NCBI GenBank assembly: GCA_002269645.1
Contig: NIVC01000667.1
Coordinates: 248,001-312,000 of the forward strand
Source of the DNA: Macrostomum lignano
Taxonomy: Eukaryota
Direction of reading: 5' to 3'
Length of the DNA stretch: 64,000 bases
Part shown: positions 26,157 through 38,022 of the stretch, piece by piece
Numbering within the stretch: the stretch's first letter is position 1
Layout: every line of letters begins with the position of its first letter
Made by a program: the position numbers and the translations under genes
Notes under the pieces: generated by a model
What the model was told of the DNA's origin: nothing
Databases searched by the model: none
Seen by the model: only the letters and a program-made list of their open reading frames with translations

Positions 26157-26537
26157 ATGCCACTCATACGAATGATAAATTGGTCGAATTTGCCGATTGA
26201 AAGCATTGACGGCTTGAATGGAAATGAGGTCAATTTTCTCAGCGACTTGGACGTGACGAGGCGGATGACGAAGAGTGAGTTGATGGAGTTGATCCGATTC
26301 ATTGAATGCGGTAACCATGATGCTCTGCCACCACTGCCAAGCGAAGAAGAGGCTTGCCCCGAGGATCCCATGCGGAACAAACCATGCAATTCGGCCGATG
26401 TGAGTGTAATTATTGTCGATTCTAGCTCTACTCATCGATTATTGCGGAACAATTGGTCCACGTTTCATTATGCCCACGTTACGGCCGTTTTCGTACATGT
26501 ATACAATCTGTTTATTCAGCTCTGTTGTATTGAATAA
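26157..26537 (+). CDS. Small hypothetical protein, possibly 2 exons (26157-26399, 26520-26537)
   Basis: ATG-initiated ORF with donor GAT|gtgagt at 26400, acceptor tttattcag| at 26519 and AATAAA overlapping the stop. Shares an INWxNLP motif with the palindrome arms. No recognised family. Confidence 0.4.
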   Translation: MPLIRMINWSNLPIESIDGLNGNEVNFLSDLDVTRRMTKSELMELIRFIECGNHDALPPLPSEEEACPEDPMRNKPCNSADVSVIIVDSSSTHRLLRNNWSTFHYAHVTAVFVHVYNLFIQLCCIE

Positions 26538-27677
26538 AAAATATCCTCACAAACGCATTGATAAAGGAATATACAGATTGCTTATCTGCAAATGGGTATA
26601 TCCAAATATAACCCGTTGGGAATATCCAAAGATGGGGGGCGGCTTGACCATAGACTATTCGCAGATATGCAATCTGTTGCATTCCTGTTTCGATGCCTGA
26701 AAGGCGCGCAAAAACTTAGTTCACAATTTCCGTTGACGCAATCGTTTGTGGCCCAAACGAAACTAGGCACAATACAGAGTTTTGTTGCCAATTTGATCTG
26801 CTTACTACGCCTAAGATAATGCTAAACTAAAGCAGTCAGTCTGCCTGACCAAATTGTCTGGGCTTATCAACAGAACAGCTTGGAGATTTGCACGGAATAA
26901 CACATTGGCCTACGAAGGCTACGCTAACTATCGTGGTAAACTTCAATGGAACGTTTCAAAAAACGTTCAATGTATATCTGGTATAGGAAAACGTAGCTAC
27001 TTAGAGTGGCTGACAGCTCAACAACATTTCGACCACTTCCTCATCTTCAGAGCAGCTCACCCAAAGTGAGTGCTTATGAGTGTTTACAGCCGTTAGTCTT
27101 GAGAACTAGCCAGGACTTCTCATTCGGAGGGGTCGCCACATGTACTTTTACAAACTTTTTGCTTTGATTGATATTCTTACTGTTTCTTGAAATGTTAATT
27201 TTTCTCTTTTTCTTGGCGCAAAATGCCAGTCTTTTCTCAGGGCATTTTGAACTTCTGCATTCAATAAATCCCGTGCACCATAAATACTCGCACTGCTCAT
27301 ATTTTTTTTCGAAATCGACCGTTTAAGAAAGTTCAAAGTACAATAAGTAGTGGTTCGACGATATTTGACAAATCTTATCACCTGAAATAAACAGTTTTTG
27401 GGGGCAGTTCGGGCTAGAAGAAAAGCACGCGCTGGGTTCTCAGCATCCGAATAATTGTCCAATTATTTTTTATTGTGTCTTACAATCTGGGCCTATCGAA
27501 TGCAAAACCTGTTGGGAAACCGTCAGCTGTGTATGAATGACCGCTTGCATGACAAATAGCTGGTCCGAGCATAGGAAATTCCTTAAATAAAATGGGATTC
27601 TTGGGTGCAACTGGTCTTTACTCTCGCCTAAAACGTTATTGTTGCTGTAGAAAAAATAGCAATAAGACTGTTGAATC

Positions 27678-30600
27678 ATGAAGGTGCTGCTCATTGCAGT
27701 CATTGCCTGCTTTGTGGCCACTTCCTGCGCTGGTGAGTTACATAAATTCAACTGATTCCACACCTGATTCCTATCTGACACACCTGATTCTATATCTGAC
27801 ACACCTGATTCCTATCTGACACACCTGATTCTATATCTGACACACCTGATTCCTATCTGACACACCTGATTCCTATATCTGACACACCTTATTCCTATAT
27901 CTGACACACCTGATTCCTATCTGACACACCTGATTCTATATCTGACACACCTGATTCCTATCTGACACACCTGATTCCTATATCTGACACACCTGATTCC
28001 TATCTGACACACCTGATTCCTATATCTGACACACCTTATTCCTATATCTGACACACCTGATTCCTATCTGACACACCTGATTCTATATCTGACATACCTG
28101 ATTCCTATATCTGACACACCTGATTCCTATATCTGACACACCTTATTCCTATATCTGACACACCTGATTCCTATATCTGACACACCGGATTCCTATCAGA
28201 CACACCTGATTCCTATATCTGACACACCTGATTCCTATCAGACACACCTGATTCCTATATCTGACACACCTGATTCCTATCAGACACACCTGATTCCTAT
28301 ATCTGGCACACCTGATTCCTATCTGACACACCTGACAGACCACCAGCACGAGCGCGACGCCATCAACTACCTGACCAGCCGCATCCCGGAGCTTCGCTCG
28401 AAGCAGCCCCTTGCCGGTGCCGCCTGGACCAACGCCCTGTTCAAGATCGTCAAAGAGCTGGACAGCAGTGTCCAGTTCCGCGACGTCCTGGCGACCAACA
28501 AACCCGCCGAGCCGGTCTCTGCCGAGCCCACCTCGTCCTTCAACTGCCAGCTGACACGCTCACCGACCAAGCCGACCTCCGCGCACCGACTGCGACCTGG
28601 CGACATCGACGTCATCGCCGCTATGGGAGACTCGCTGACCGCCGCCAACGGCGCCCTGGCCACCAGCATCCTGGGACTGACCACTGAGTACCGCGGCTAC
28701 GCCTGGAGGTGAGATGATCGAGGAAATTTTCTGGACGCCAGCACCAGGGGCGCCAGCACCAGGGGCGCCAGCACCAGGGGCGCCAGCACCAGGGGCGCCA
28801 GCACCAGGGGCGCCAGCACCAGGGGCGCCAGCACCAGGGGCGCCAGCACCAGGGGCGCCAGCACCAGGGGCGCCAGCACCAGGGGCGCCAGCACCAGGGG
28901 CGCCAGCACAAATCATTCATTTGGGGTGGATTACAATTAACCAATAGACTATGGAAAAGACGTAGATGGTCTTTTCTATGAATCTTACACATGCATGATC
29001 AATTTACGTTTTCCAGCAACATTTTGTGCACTTTTATTGCCTAAAATCCTATCAAAACATGGCAAATAGTAAATAAACTCGTCACTTCAGCATCGGAGGT
29101 GAAGCGTCACTGCGCCAGCACACCACCCTGGCCAGTAAGTGAAAATTACTAATCAATAAATTCTAAACTAAAAATATCCAAGTTACCAAACTATAAATTA
29201 ACATATTTCACTTTTAAAGACATTCTGAAGGACCAAAACAGCAGACTGTATGGCTACTCCACTGGCAAAGGTGCCATCTCGAGTTCAGCTGCCGTGCTCA
29301 ATGTTGCCGTTCCCGGAAATGTTGCCTCGTGAGTTGAACCTAAAAACCAATTCCTCGAATCAGAGCCAGAGGTGAAGACCTGATAACTTAGCTTTGATTG
29401 GTCTAATTTCACCCCATTGCAGTCACGTTCCCGGTCAGGCCCGCCTACTAGTTGAGAAGCTGAAATCCGATTCTCGGGTGAACTTTAACAACGACTGGAA
29501 GCTGATCACCCTGCTCATTGGTGGCAACGATGTGTGCGCTTACTGCAAGGACAAGGTGAGCTTACTGATAGAGGGCTTGAGACTATGAGGACCTTCAGAT
29601 CATTCAGATTTGAAGGTAGCCTCTCCAGTTATCAAATATTTGAAGGTAGCCTCTCCAGTTATCAAAGATTTGAAGGTAGCCTCTCCAGTTATCAAATATT
29701 TGAAGGTAGCCTCTCCAGTTATCAAAGATTTGAAGGTAGCCTCTCCAGTTATCAAATATTTGAAGGTAGCCTCTCCAGTTATCAAAGATTTGAAGGTAGC
29801 CTCTCCAGTTATCAAAGACTTGAAGGTAGCTTCTTCAAATGATCAGACTTAAGGTAAAGACTTACTTAAGTTTACATCGCCAAAGTCTCTCACACACTGC
29901 AGAGAGCATTCAGCGCTGACAACTACATCAGGTACATTCGTGAGGCTCTCGACTACCTACACGCCAACGTGCCCAGGGCTTTCGTCAACGTAGCCGAAGT
30001 TCTCGACGTCTCCCTGGTCAAGGAACTCAAGGACGGCAGCGCGATCTGCGGAGTGCTTCAGGGCTCCCTGCTATGCAAATGCGGCGCCTTCCCTGAGAAC
30101 GAGGCCGAGGAGCGCGACGTCAAGACCATCATCGGCGAGTACCAGGCCCGACTGCGTCAGCTGGTCGACTCTGGTCGATACGACACTCGCGAGGACTTCA
30201 CCGTTGTGACTCAGCCGTTCCTCAGGAACAGCAAGCCGCCGAGGATCAACGTGAGTCTTTGTTTATTGGTCGGGTGATGCAAGCAGCTCATTAATTTGTG
30301 TCCTGCTGCGCTTTCGAGAAAGATAAGTCTTTTCAGCATGCACTTTTAACCACTTCTTACCAACTCTAGGGCGTGTACGACCAGTCCTACCTGGCTCCCG
30401 ACTGCTTCCACTTCAGCCGGAAGGGTCACGATGAGACCGGCAAGGCCCTGTGGAACAACATGGTGAGCGGTTTAATTCAAAGGAAAAAGAGATTCGAATT
30501 CGAATTGACGTCACCGTTTTCTGTAAAGATTGCTGGTTGTTGTGTCATCTTGCTAGTGTCAAGTGAAGTTTATCAGAAGTGGGGATTAAACCAAAGGATT

Positions 30601-30877
30601 GTAAGGAGTGAGCATTATCAAGTGAAAGATTGTCAGGAGTAAGGCTAATTTCTGTTTATAAATTCGCATAAATTGTCACACTTTTCAGCTCGAACCGGTC
30701 GGTCGGAAGGCGACCGAGTGGAATATTGGAGGCCCTTTCAAGTGCCCGACTTCGGTAAGAGGATTAATAAAGCTAGAAGCTCGTATTTAGTAATTTCTGA
30801 AATTTTTCCAATCACATAAAAGTTATTTTAATTAACATTTTCAGTCGAGGCCGTACTTTGCTACCAGGAAGAATTGA
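27678..30877 (+). CDS. PLB1: Secreted phospholipase B1-like GDSL lipase, copy 3 (9 exons, 416 aa)
   Basis: Exons 27678-27732, 28339-28708, 29091-29134, 29220-29328, 29423-29555, 29903-30250, 30370-30462, 30689-30754, 30845-30877, all GT-AG; exon 2 is one codon shorter than in copies 1 and 2. Catalytic motifs intact. Confidence 0.93.
27751..28335. repeat. 20-22-bp minisatellite (ctgacacacctgattcctatat) filling PLB copy 3 intron 1
   Basis: Tandem copies run directly into the acceptor (ctgacacacctgacAG). Confidence 0.95.
28736..28909. repeat. 15-bp perfect minisatellite (gcaccaggggcgcca) in PLB copy 3 intron 2
   Basis: About 11.5 identical copies. Confidence 0.95.
29606..29830. repeat. 30-bp minisatellite (alternating variants give a 60-bp period) in PLB copy 3 intron 5
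   Basis: ttgaaggtagcctctccagttatcaaa(t/g)at, about 7.5 copies. Confidence 0.95.
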
Positions 30878-33076
30878 TGCGCCCAACCCAGCTCATGGCT
30901 TTCTGTGATGATTTTTTCAGCCAAGTTCCAATTTCAACTTGGAACTTTGTGCTTGTAGTTGTAGTTTAAAACTAAATTATAAGCGTTTAAAATATAACTG
31001 AATACTGGAACAGTTCAACAATTATAATTAATTGATATCAATACTCTCGGACTCAATCAAGTTTTGCATCCTCAATTGGGACAATCACTGGAAATGCTAG
31101 CGCTTAATGAAATTACGAATGACATGGCATCAAGTAACCTTGAGTCCAAATGCTCTACAAATGATGGACAAAGTAAAAATTTGTTGCTTGGGTAAATTAC
31201 GCATTACGGAGTGCATAAACATAGTAGGTTCAAGTAAAAAAAAGCCAATGAAAATGGAGCACACTTTCCGAGTCAACCAGAAAACGCAATCAGTTATTTT
31301 AATTACCAGTTATGGTGTTTTCTTAATTTAATCCGATCTGCCTGTTCCCCTTCTCCATGTCCCAAGTGTTAAGCCAGCGGAGATTATCGGCAGCTTAAAC
31401 TCTGCTAACCACAGACAAACTTCAACTTGATAGTGCACGTATATTTAACAGAACAAAACTCAGTCACACAGAACGTCAAAACGGTAAACAAGTGTATTTC
31501 AGTTTGTTTGGTTAATGTTGAACACTGACGTTTGTCGGTGAACCAAAATTGACAGTGGTTGGGCCATAGAAATTTAGCACTGTTCTTTGAGGTTTTAGGT
31601 TGATTCTAAAGTGGTGTAGTTCGTCCATTTCATTCTTAAACACCGCTCTCTCTATTAGATTGGCAATGATCAGTGCTCAATACTCGGAACTGGAAACTAC
31701 AAAATTTGACGCCGATCTATTAATAACTTTGTCCTCGAAAGGCACTACTTGGATTTACATGCAGGTCTGTGTCCGAATACAGAATAGTCTGTGCACACCG
31801 ACGGTTAACTACGTCGCCATGCGTCATGCGAAACCCCTTCGTAACTGATTCACAAGACATTGTGCCTTGCTGTATTGAGTAAAGGCTGCAAGGACGCGGA
31901 TGCAGCCAAGAGTAGCAAATAATTCAATTGATTAAAAGGAACCAATTGCGATTTTCAGCTGTTTGTTCACTTTTTATTTTGCTCACAAACAAGTCTTATG
32001 ACGTAACCCGGGCTGCATGAGAACACCTGTGCAACTCCTGGGCTCTGGCGCTGAAAGGTACAACCACCAGGTCTCGTTCCTTAGACTTCGTCCGCCTCTG
32101 GATGGTGCGGTAGCTGACGTTGAGGCCAAGATCGCATTATCTAGACAGCGGACCCAGGTCGTTTGAATGATCGCATCGCCAGAGATGTGGCCGCCACCCA
32201 GTTACCTGTGCGGGAGTTCACCCGCGGTAAAAGACTCTCACTAGTGAGACGGGACTCTCGGTCTGTAACAGACGAAGGTTTTTGACTCCAACTGAACTAG
32301 AAATGGCCGATTGGGGGACTCTATGCGAGGCATACAAAGGACAGCTAGTCTATAGTCAGTGCTGGAAACGATCGGACTTTTGCATAGCGGGATCTTAGCG
32401 ATTCTGGACTGCGATTCCCTCCTCAGCCCCAGGATCCAGGATCCCAAGGATGTATTATAGAAGGTAAACGCCATTATAATTTCCTTCCTCCCAGATGGTT
32501 TCAGTGCGGCAGGGGATTGGGTTTTGTTACCGCTATGATTATTTGGTTATCCTTCTTTTCTATTCCGCCTTGCGACAGGCACACTAGCTCTCTACTCACA
32601 CTTCATGCCAAGACTCGTGGTAAATACGTACAGACAGAAGCAACAAAGAGTTAAATGGCTAATACCCTGCTGCATTTGCTGGCCCTAAACTTGGCCCTAA
32701 CAGTTCAGGTAATTATGATATTATAACGGAATACATCTAAAGTTAATAGTGAAAGATTAGAAGATGGTGATCACCATGGGGGTGACCGGGCTGACGATAC
32801 CCAAGGGCAGCGCAACATGATCGATATAATGGGAGTTTACGAATATGTACATGTAACAGGCGGGAAAAGCTTGGGCCGGGAGATTGTAAGGGGTCCGTAG
32901 AGCTGTCACGCGCATGATTGATCTCGAACAATAGAAAAGGAGGTTGGGATTTGGTGCTCGGGGAGTGGGGTGGAGCGATAAGCATGAGTCATTTCCCCAT
33001 CCCAACGAGTCATCCCGGGGGCAACAGTAATTAAGGGAGGAATCCAGGGTCCACAAAACTAGTGGGGGGCGTGCCT

Positions 33077-33271
<195 letters not shown>

Positions 33272-33999
33272 TCACTTACATGTACTTGATTTTTATCCTC
33301 CTAATTATACTTGCTTGAATTGTGCATCTGCACGTTGCTCAATTTTTACTTAACGTTGTAACGCCGAGTTTTATGTTGTAAGCTATAATTGTGCTGAATC
33401 ATGATTGTTGTTTGTCTGCTCGATCAAATCAACAGCAAAAATGACAAACCATGCATGCATATAAAGAAGCTAATTAATTAACTTTTTGTGATTCTAAAAA
33501 AATAATAGCAATAAAAGATCGACTTTTTTACTTCTTAGACTTGCACGATGATTAATTGCCCGTTCAGGATCAGGGGTCCGACAGCGAATTAAGCGCCGCT
33601 CTGTTACTGTACATCACTTTACCTGGGCCAGGCCTACCAGCCAAGTTGACAGCCTAACAGCCTTTTCGTCAAATGACGGTTTTATAGAAGGTCAAACCAA
33701 TCAAGTTCACTGTAAATTTACGCTATACCTGTACCTGTATGAGCAATTTGTTGAAATTTAATCAAACTACTGCATGCGTTGCTCTCACTTTGCCGCATTC
33801 ATTTTTACTAATGCAATGTAACGCTTTCCGAACTTGTAAACAATTTAAAAAATAATGATGTATTACTTTTGTACTTATAAAATCAAAACAGTCTATATAG
33901 CCAAGATCTGTTGATTTCTCAAAGATTAAGTTGGAATTTTAATTTCTGTGTAAAAGCATTTGTTTATTTGTTTAACAATTCAAAATATCGAATTATTAC

Positions 34000-34379
34000 G
34001 GGTCTCCCTAAAACACGCACCGCACAGCCCCGAACCGCTACACATTATAACATTTTTTGTCAATGCAGTATTTGATTGCAAAGAAAACTCTTTTTTGTTA
34101 GAGTAATGGAATAAATATCTTTAATTATCATTATAAATATTATTATTTTTTTTTATATTCTCGTTGACATTATTAAATTATATTCTTATTATTTTATTAA
34201 TATTATTATTAATATCACTTATTATTCACCGAATTTTATATTTCATAGTAAAAAAACTAAATTTAATAAAAACTTTGAAGCTTAACAGAAAACGCATTTT
34301 TAAGTGTCTTCAGTTATAGTCCAATTTGTTTTAATGTGTAGCGCTGCAAGGCGGTGCGGGGCGTGTTTTAGGGAGACCC
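34000..34379. mobile_element. MITE, 380 bp, GGG...CCC termini
   Basis: Imperfect ~55-bp TIRs starting GGGTCTCCCTAAAACACGC; 8-bp TSD ATTATTAC at 33992-33999 and 34380-34387; AT-rich non-coding interior. Confidence 0.88.
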
Positions 34380-37300
34380 ATTATTACTTTTAGAGCAGCT
34401 GCTAGCTGCTAAAAGCTGCATATTATAATATGAAAACTTAAGACTGACTTTTAAATTTCTAACTTTATTTAAAGAACTTTTTGGAATTTGAATCTAAACT
34501 TAACTTGTTCTTGATCAAGGCCCCATAGTAGGATAGAACATGGTTCTGTCTGCCATTTAAACTATGCCTATCTTATATCCTTATATGTATTTACTATAGG
34601 CCTATTGTATCTTTTCTTTATGCCTAGGCTTAAGAAAGCAAGATTCCAAATTATTATTATAACTAAGGAATGAAGAAACTATGCCAAATACTAGAGACTT
34701 CAATGCCAGATACTTCAAAGTTCAATATTATTTCACTTCAGTGTTTTTTTGACTGTAGGATGCACTGGTTGTGCATGAAACTCAATTCATGTATATTAGA
34801 CCCCTAGTCGCAGATGGCTAGGGCCTAATCATTGTAGCTAGGCAAAAGTTTTTTATTTGAAACTAAGGGGAGGCTGGTATTACAGCAAGTGGACTTTGAC
34901 AATGTGGGACTTAGGACATAGAATACAATAGAAAGCATAGGCCTAGGCTTGAACACCCTAACATGTCCTTGTGAAAAAGGCATATTGTAAGTTGCATGGA
35001 AATAGCATGGAAGCAATAGATATTAGAGAAACATTTATGCAGTAGATTTCATGGTGTATATAATAAAGCAATCAACAAAAATATACCCAAACCTAAACTG
35101 TAACAATAATAATAATAATATGAATGAGTTTGTATTAATTGTTGATGGTAGGATCAAGTGGTATATATTGTCATAGAGTATATTGTTTCAATGGCCCTGG
35201 CAGCTGCTTTATTCATAACAAAGTCCTTTATTTGATCAGCCTGTTGGATGAAGTCTATGATGTCCATAACTGGCAGAAGTTCTTTGGTTTGGAATGCTTT
35301 GAGTACCCATTGCTAAGTTTATAGGCAATATATCCTAGCAACCATAGTCAGGAAGGTGGCACAGTGTGTGCCGGAATCATTTTTTGGGACAATCTGTGTG
35401 CTGTCTGTGGGCCATATTTGTGCCCTTATTTTATGTAATTTATGTAATTTACATTAAATTTATAGGCAATAGACGAATTTACAAAATTCTTAGAATTCAT
35501 GTAGACTTAATATGCTACACTAGTTTTATGCTAATAAAGATTCTATTCTGATTCCTTATGCACCAAAGTTGTACACAGCACTATATATGTCAAAGACCTT
35601 ATATGCCACATGTGCTAAGGACCCTAGTGTGTGCCATCCCATGATTGTGTACCACATGCGCCAGGGACCTCAGTGTGCGCCAAGTGTGCCAAGGACCCCT
35701 TGTGTATGCCAAAATTTTCCATGGCAAAGGCTACCTTCTTGACTATGGCATGGCCTAGCAATTAGAGCCAACTTTATCATCTCTTCTTTTGGGCTCTCTA
35801 CTATCTTCAATGAATCAAAACTGCAATGATTGGCAGCTTTATATAGTCTAGTTAGAAAGTCCAACAATACTTCACCTTCATTCTGTTGCAGAGTAGAATT
35901 TTGTGTGCTTTACTAGTTCCACCAGTAAACGAGCCGTCGGCGGCGTCGTCAGGCGAAAGCAAGAGAACCCGAGGCCCCACCAGGGGCCGAGGGCAAATGA
36001 ATAATTTTTAGCCATGGCAGCCAAAAGCCGACATGGGCTAGAAAGTATTTGTGAGAAAATAAGTTAGACTCCCATGCATTTTGAAATTTCATGTTTTTTC
36101 TTTAAAAAATGCTCCTGTTTTGCAACCACTGCACCAATTGAGTTGAGTGAGGTATCAATTGATAGAAAACTTTAGATCTATCAAATGAATATACTCTCAA
36201 GTGCAAAGATTCTTTAAATCAGCTGTAAATTAACTGGAAAGACAATTTTTTCAAAAGTGCTTCTGGGAGATCTCAAAATTCTGGTACACCTTATGAGATA
36301 CAGCTTTGACATCTGAGGATCAAAGTTGTAAATCTAAATTTCCTACAAAATGGTATATGGCGCTTTAATTTATTTCGACATATTTATTCAGTTTTAGTGG
36401 GTTTTTGGGTAAAAAATGACCCTCATTTTATTATTTCCCCATTTTTTTTACAAAACTTCTTGAGTTTTGGCTTCAAAGCAGTGCAGTTGGATGCGCAATG
36501 CAAATATCTACAAGTGTCTATAGTTTTGTTTTCCTATGATTCTGCAGTGCTAAGAAAATCAACAAAGATCGATTTTTTTTAAAAAAATCACATGACTTTC
36601 GCATTATTGCTCATTATAATTTTGAGAACATGGTGCAAATAATCTGATTTTGAATTTCTATAGCATAGTTGCTGTATTATATTGGTTTAAATTGCCGCCA
36701 TCTGATATTGCTGCTTTTGGGTTGAAAAATCGATTTCTCACATAACAAGGCATATTAGTGTGCAATTTCTAGAGATTTGGTTTATTGGGTAAAAAATTAT
36801 TGATAAAAAACTGAAAACTTGACTTTTTACTTTTATGTTAGTTCCAGGGCTATTTAAACTAGAAATGGTAGGAATTTTGCACTGAAACCAATGCACAGTG
36901 TTCCATATAGTTAATTTAACAAATTTCTTGAATTCTATAACAATTCAATGTTTTTTTTCATGAAAAAATGCCTTTTTTGCATCAAAATTCATCACATTAA
37001 GCTGCATACTGCTTTGCATAATCTGCATTTGTATTTGCATGCAATTGCTTGCATGGCTTTGGCATTGGGCTGAGTTAAGCTGGTTAGAAAGAAAAGGAAA
37101 GGAAGGAATATTCGTACATACAATGTACACACCCGTTGCTTCTAAGTGGGGTTGTGGCAACGTGAGAGGGCTTGGCGGCTTGGTTGGGAGGGCGTGTAAT
37201 AGAGCTTTGTGCAACTCGTGCACAGACCAAGGAAAATTAGATTGATAAATGGGTGTCACGTGATTAGAATTTCATATTAAATTTAGCTCTTTAACTGCAC

Positions 37301-37553
37301 ATTTGAATTGTAAGCCCAGTACAAAGTTTAGCAGGGGCAAGCTCCAAGTCACTACGTGTACAATCCTCCCCCAGACTAAAAGGCTTATGTCCCTTATTTA
37401 TGAAGTAGCTATGTACAGTGTTTTGGAATGACTTTATTTATAGCTTTCTTTGCAACCATGTTGGAGAAAAGGCTTAGGCTTTAGGATATCTTAGTGTACT
37501 ATCTGTTTGAGAGTATGAGTATTATGTCCCACAAAACTGGTCTGACTTTCCAA

Positions 37554-38022
37554 TAGGGATTGCAAATCCCGGTTTTTTGCGATCCCGGTATCAGAAAAAT
37601 ACAGATTATCAAGCTTCTGGGTTGAAATTTTAAGGCAAAATATGCGCTAAACATTTTTTTGCTTCCATTTTTAATTGTTATAGAGATAATGATTCTTTTT
37701 GTAGATGAAAAAACAGCATTATCTTGTGACGTATTTAAGTAAGTAGTATAAAAATACTAATTAATAGTAAAGAAGCAAATCATAAATCAAAATTTATATT
37801 GGAATAAATTGCACATTAAATCTGTGATGTGGGGTTTAAAAAGGCGCCACGCGACGGCGAGGTGAGGCAATTAACAGAAATTAGTGCAGTATAATAAACT
37901 TGTTGTGGGCCCAATTATGTTCATATTACAACACTTTATATAAAAATAATAACAAAAATTAGTCCCGGGATTCAAGAATCTTTTCTCAAATTAGTCCCGG
38001 GATCCCAGGATTGCAATCCCTA
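37554..38022. mobile_element. hAT-like MITE, 469 bp
   Basis: TIR TAGGGATTGCAA / TTGCAATCCCTA; 8-bp TSD CTTTCCAA at 37546-37553 and 38023-38030; subterminal ATCCCGG motifs. TAGGG termini with an 8-bp TSD are typical of hAT elements. Confidence 0.85.

Noticed and set aside
26854-27462. ORFs 26854-27069 (+) and 27148-27462 (-)
   Set aside because: Some splice-like signals are present, but no coherent gene model or recognisable motif could be built.
32525-33055. Possible solo LTR (TGT...ACA) with a nearby ATGGCG PBS-like string on the minus strand
   Set aside because: The flanks are not a direct TSD, the PBS-like string is not adjacent to the end, and there is no second copy in the window.
35913-36900. 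GC-rich start (…gagccgtcggcggcgtcgtcagg…) plus an AT-rich body resembling a non-autonomous transposon
   Set aside because: No matching second terminus or TSD could be located, so boundaries and class are unsupported.
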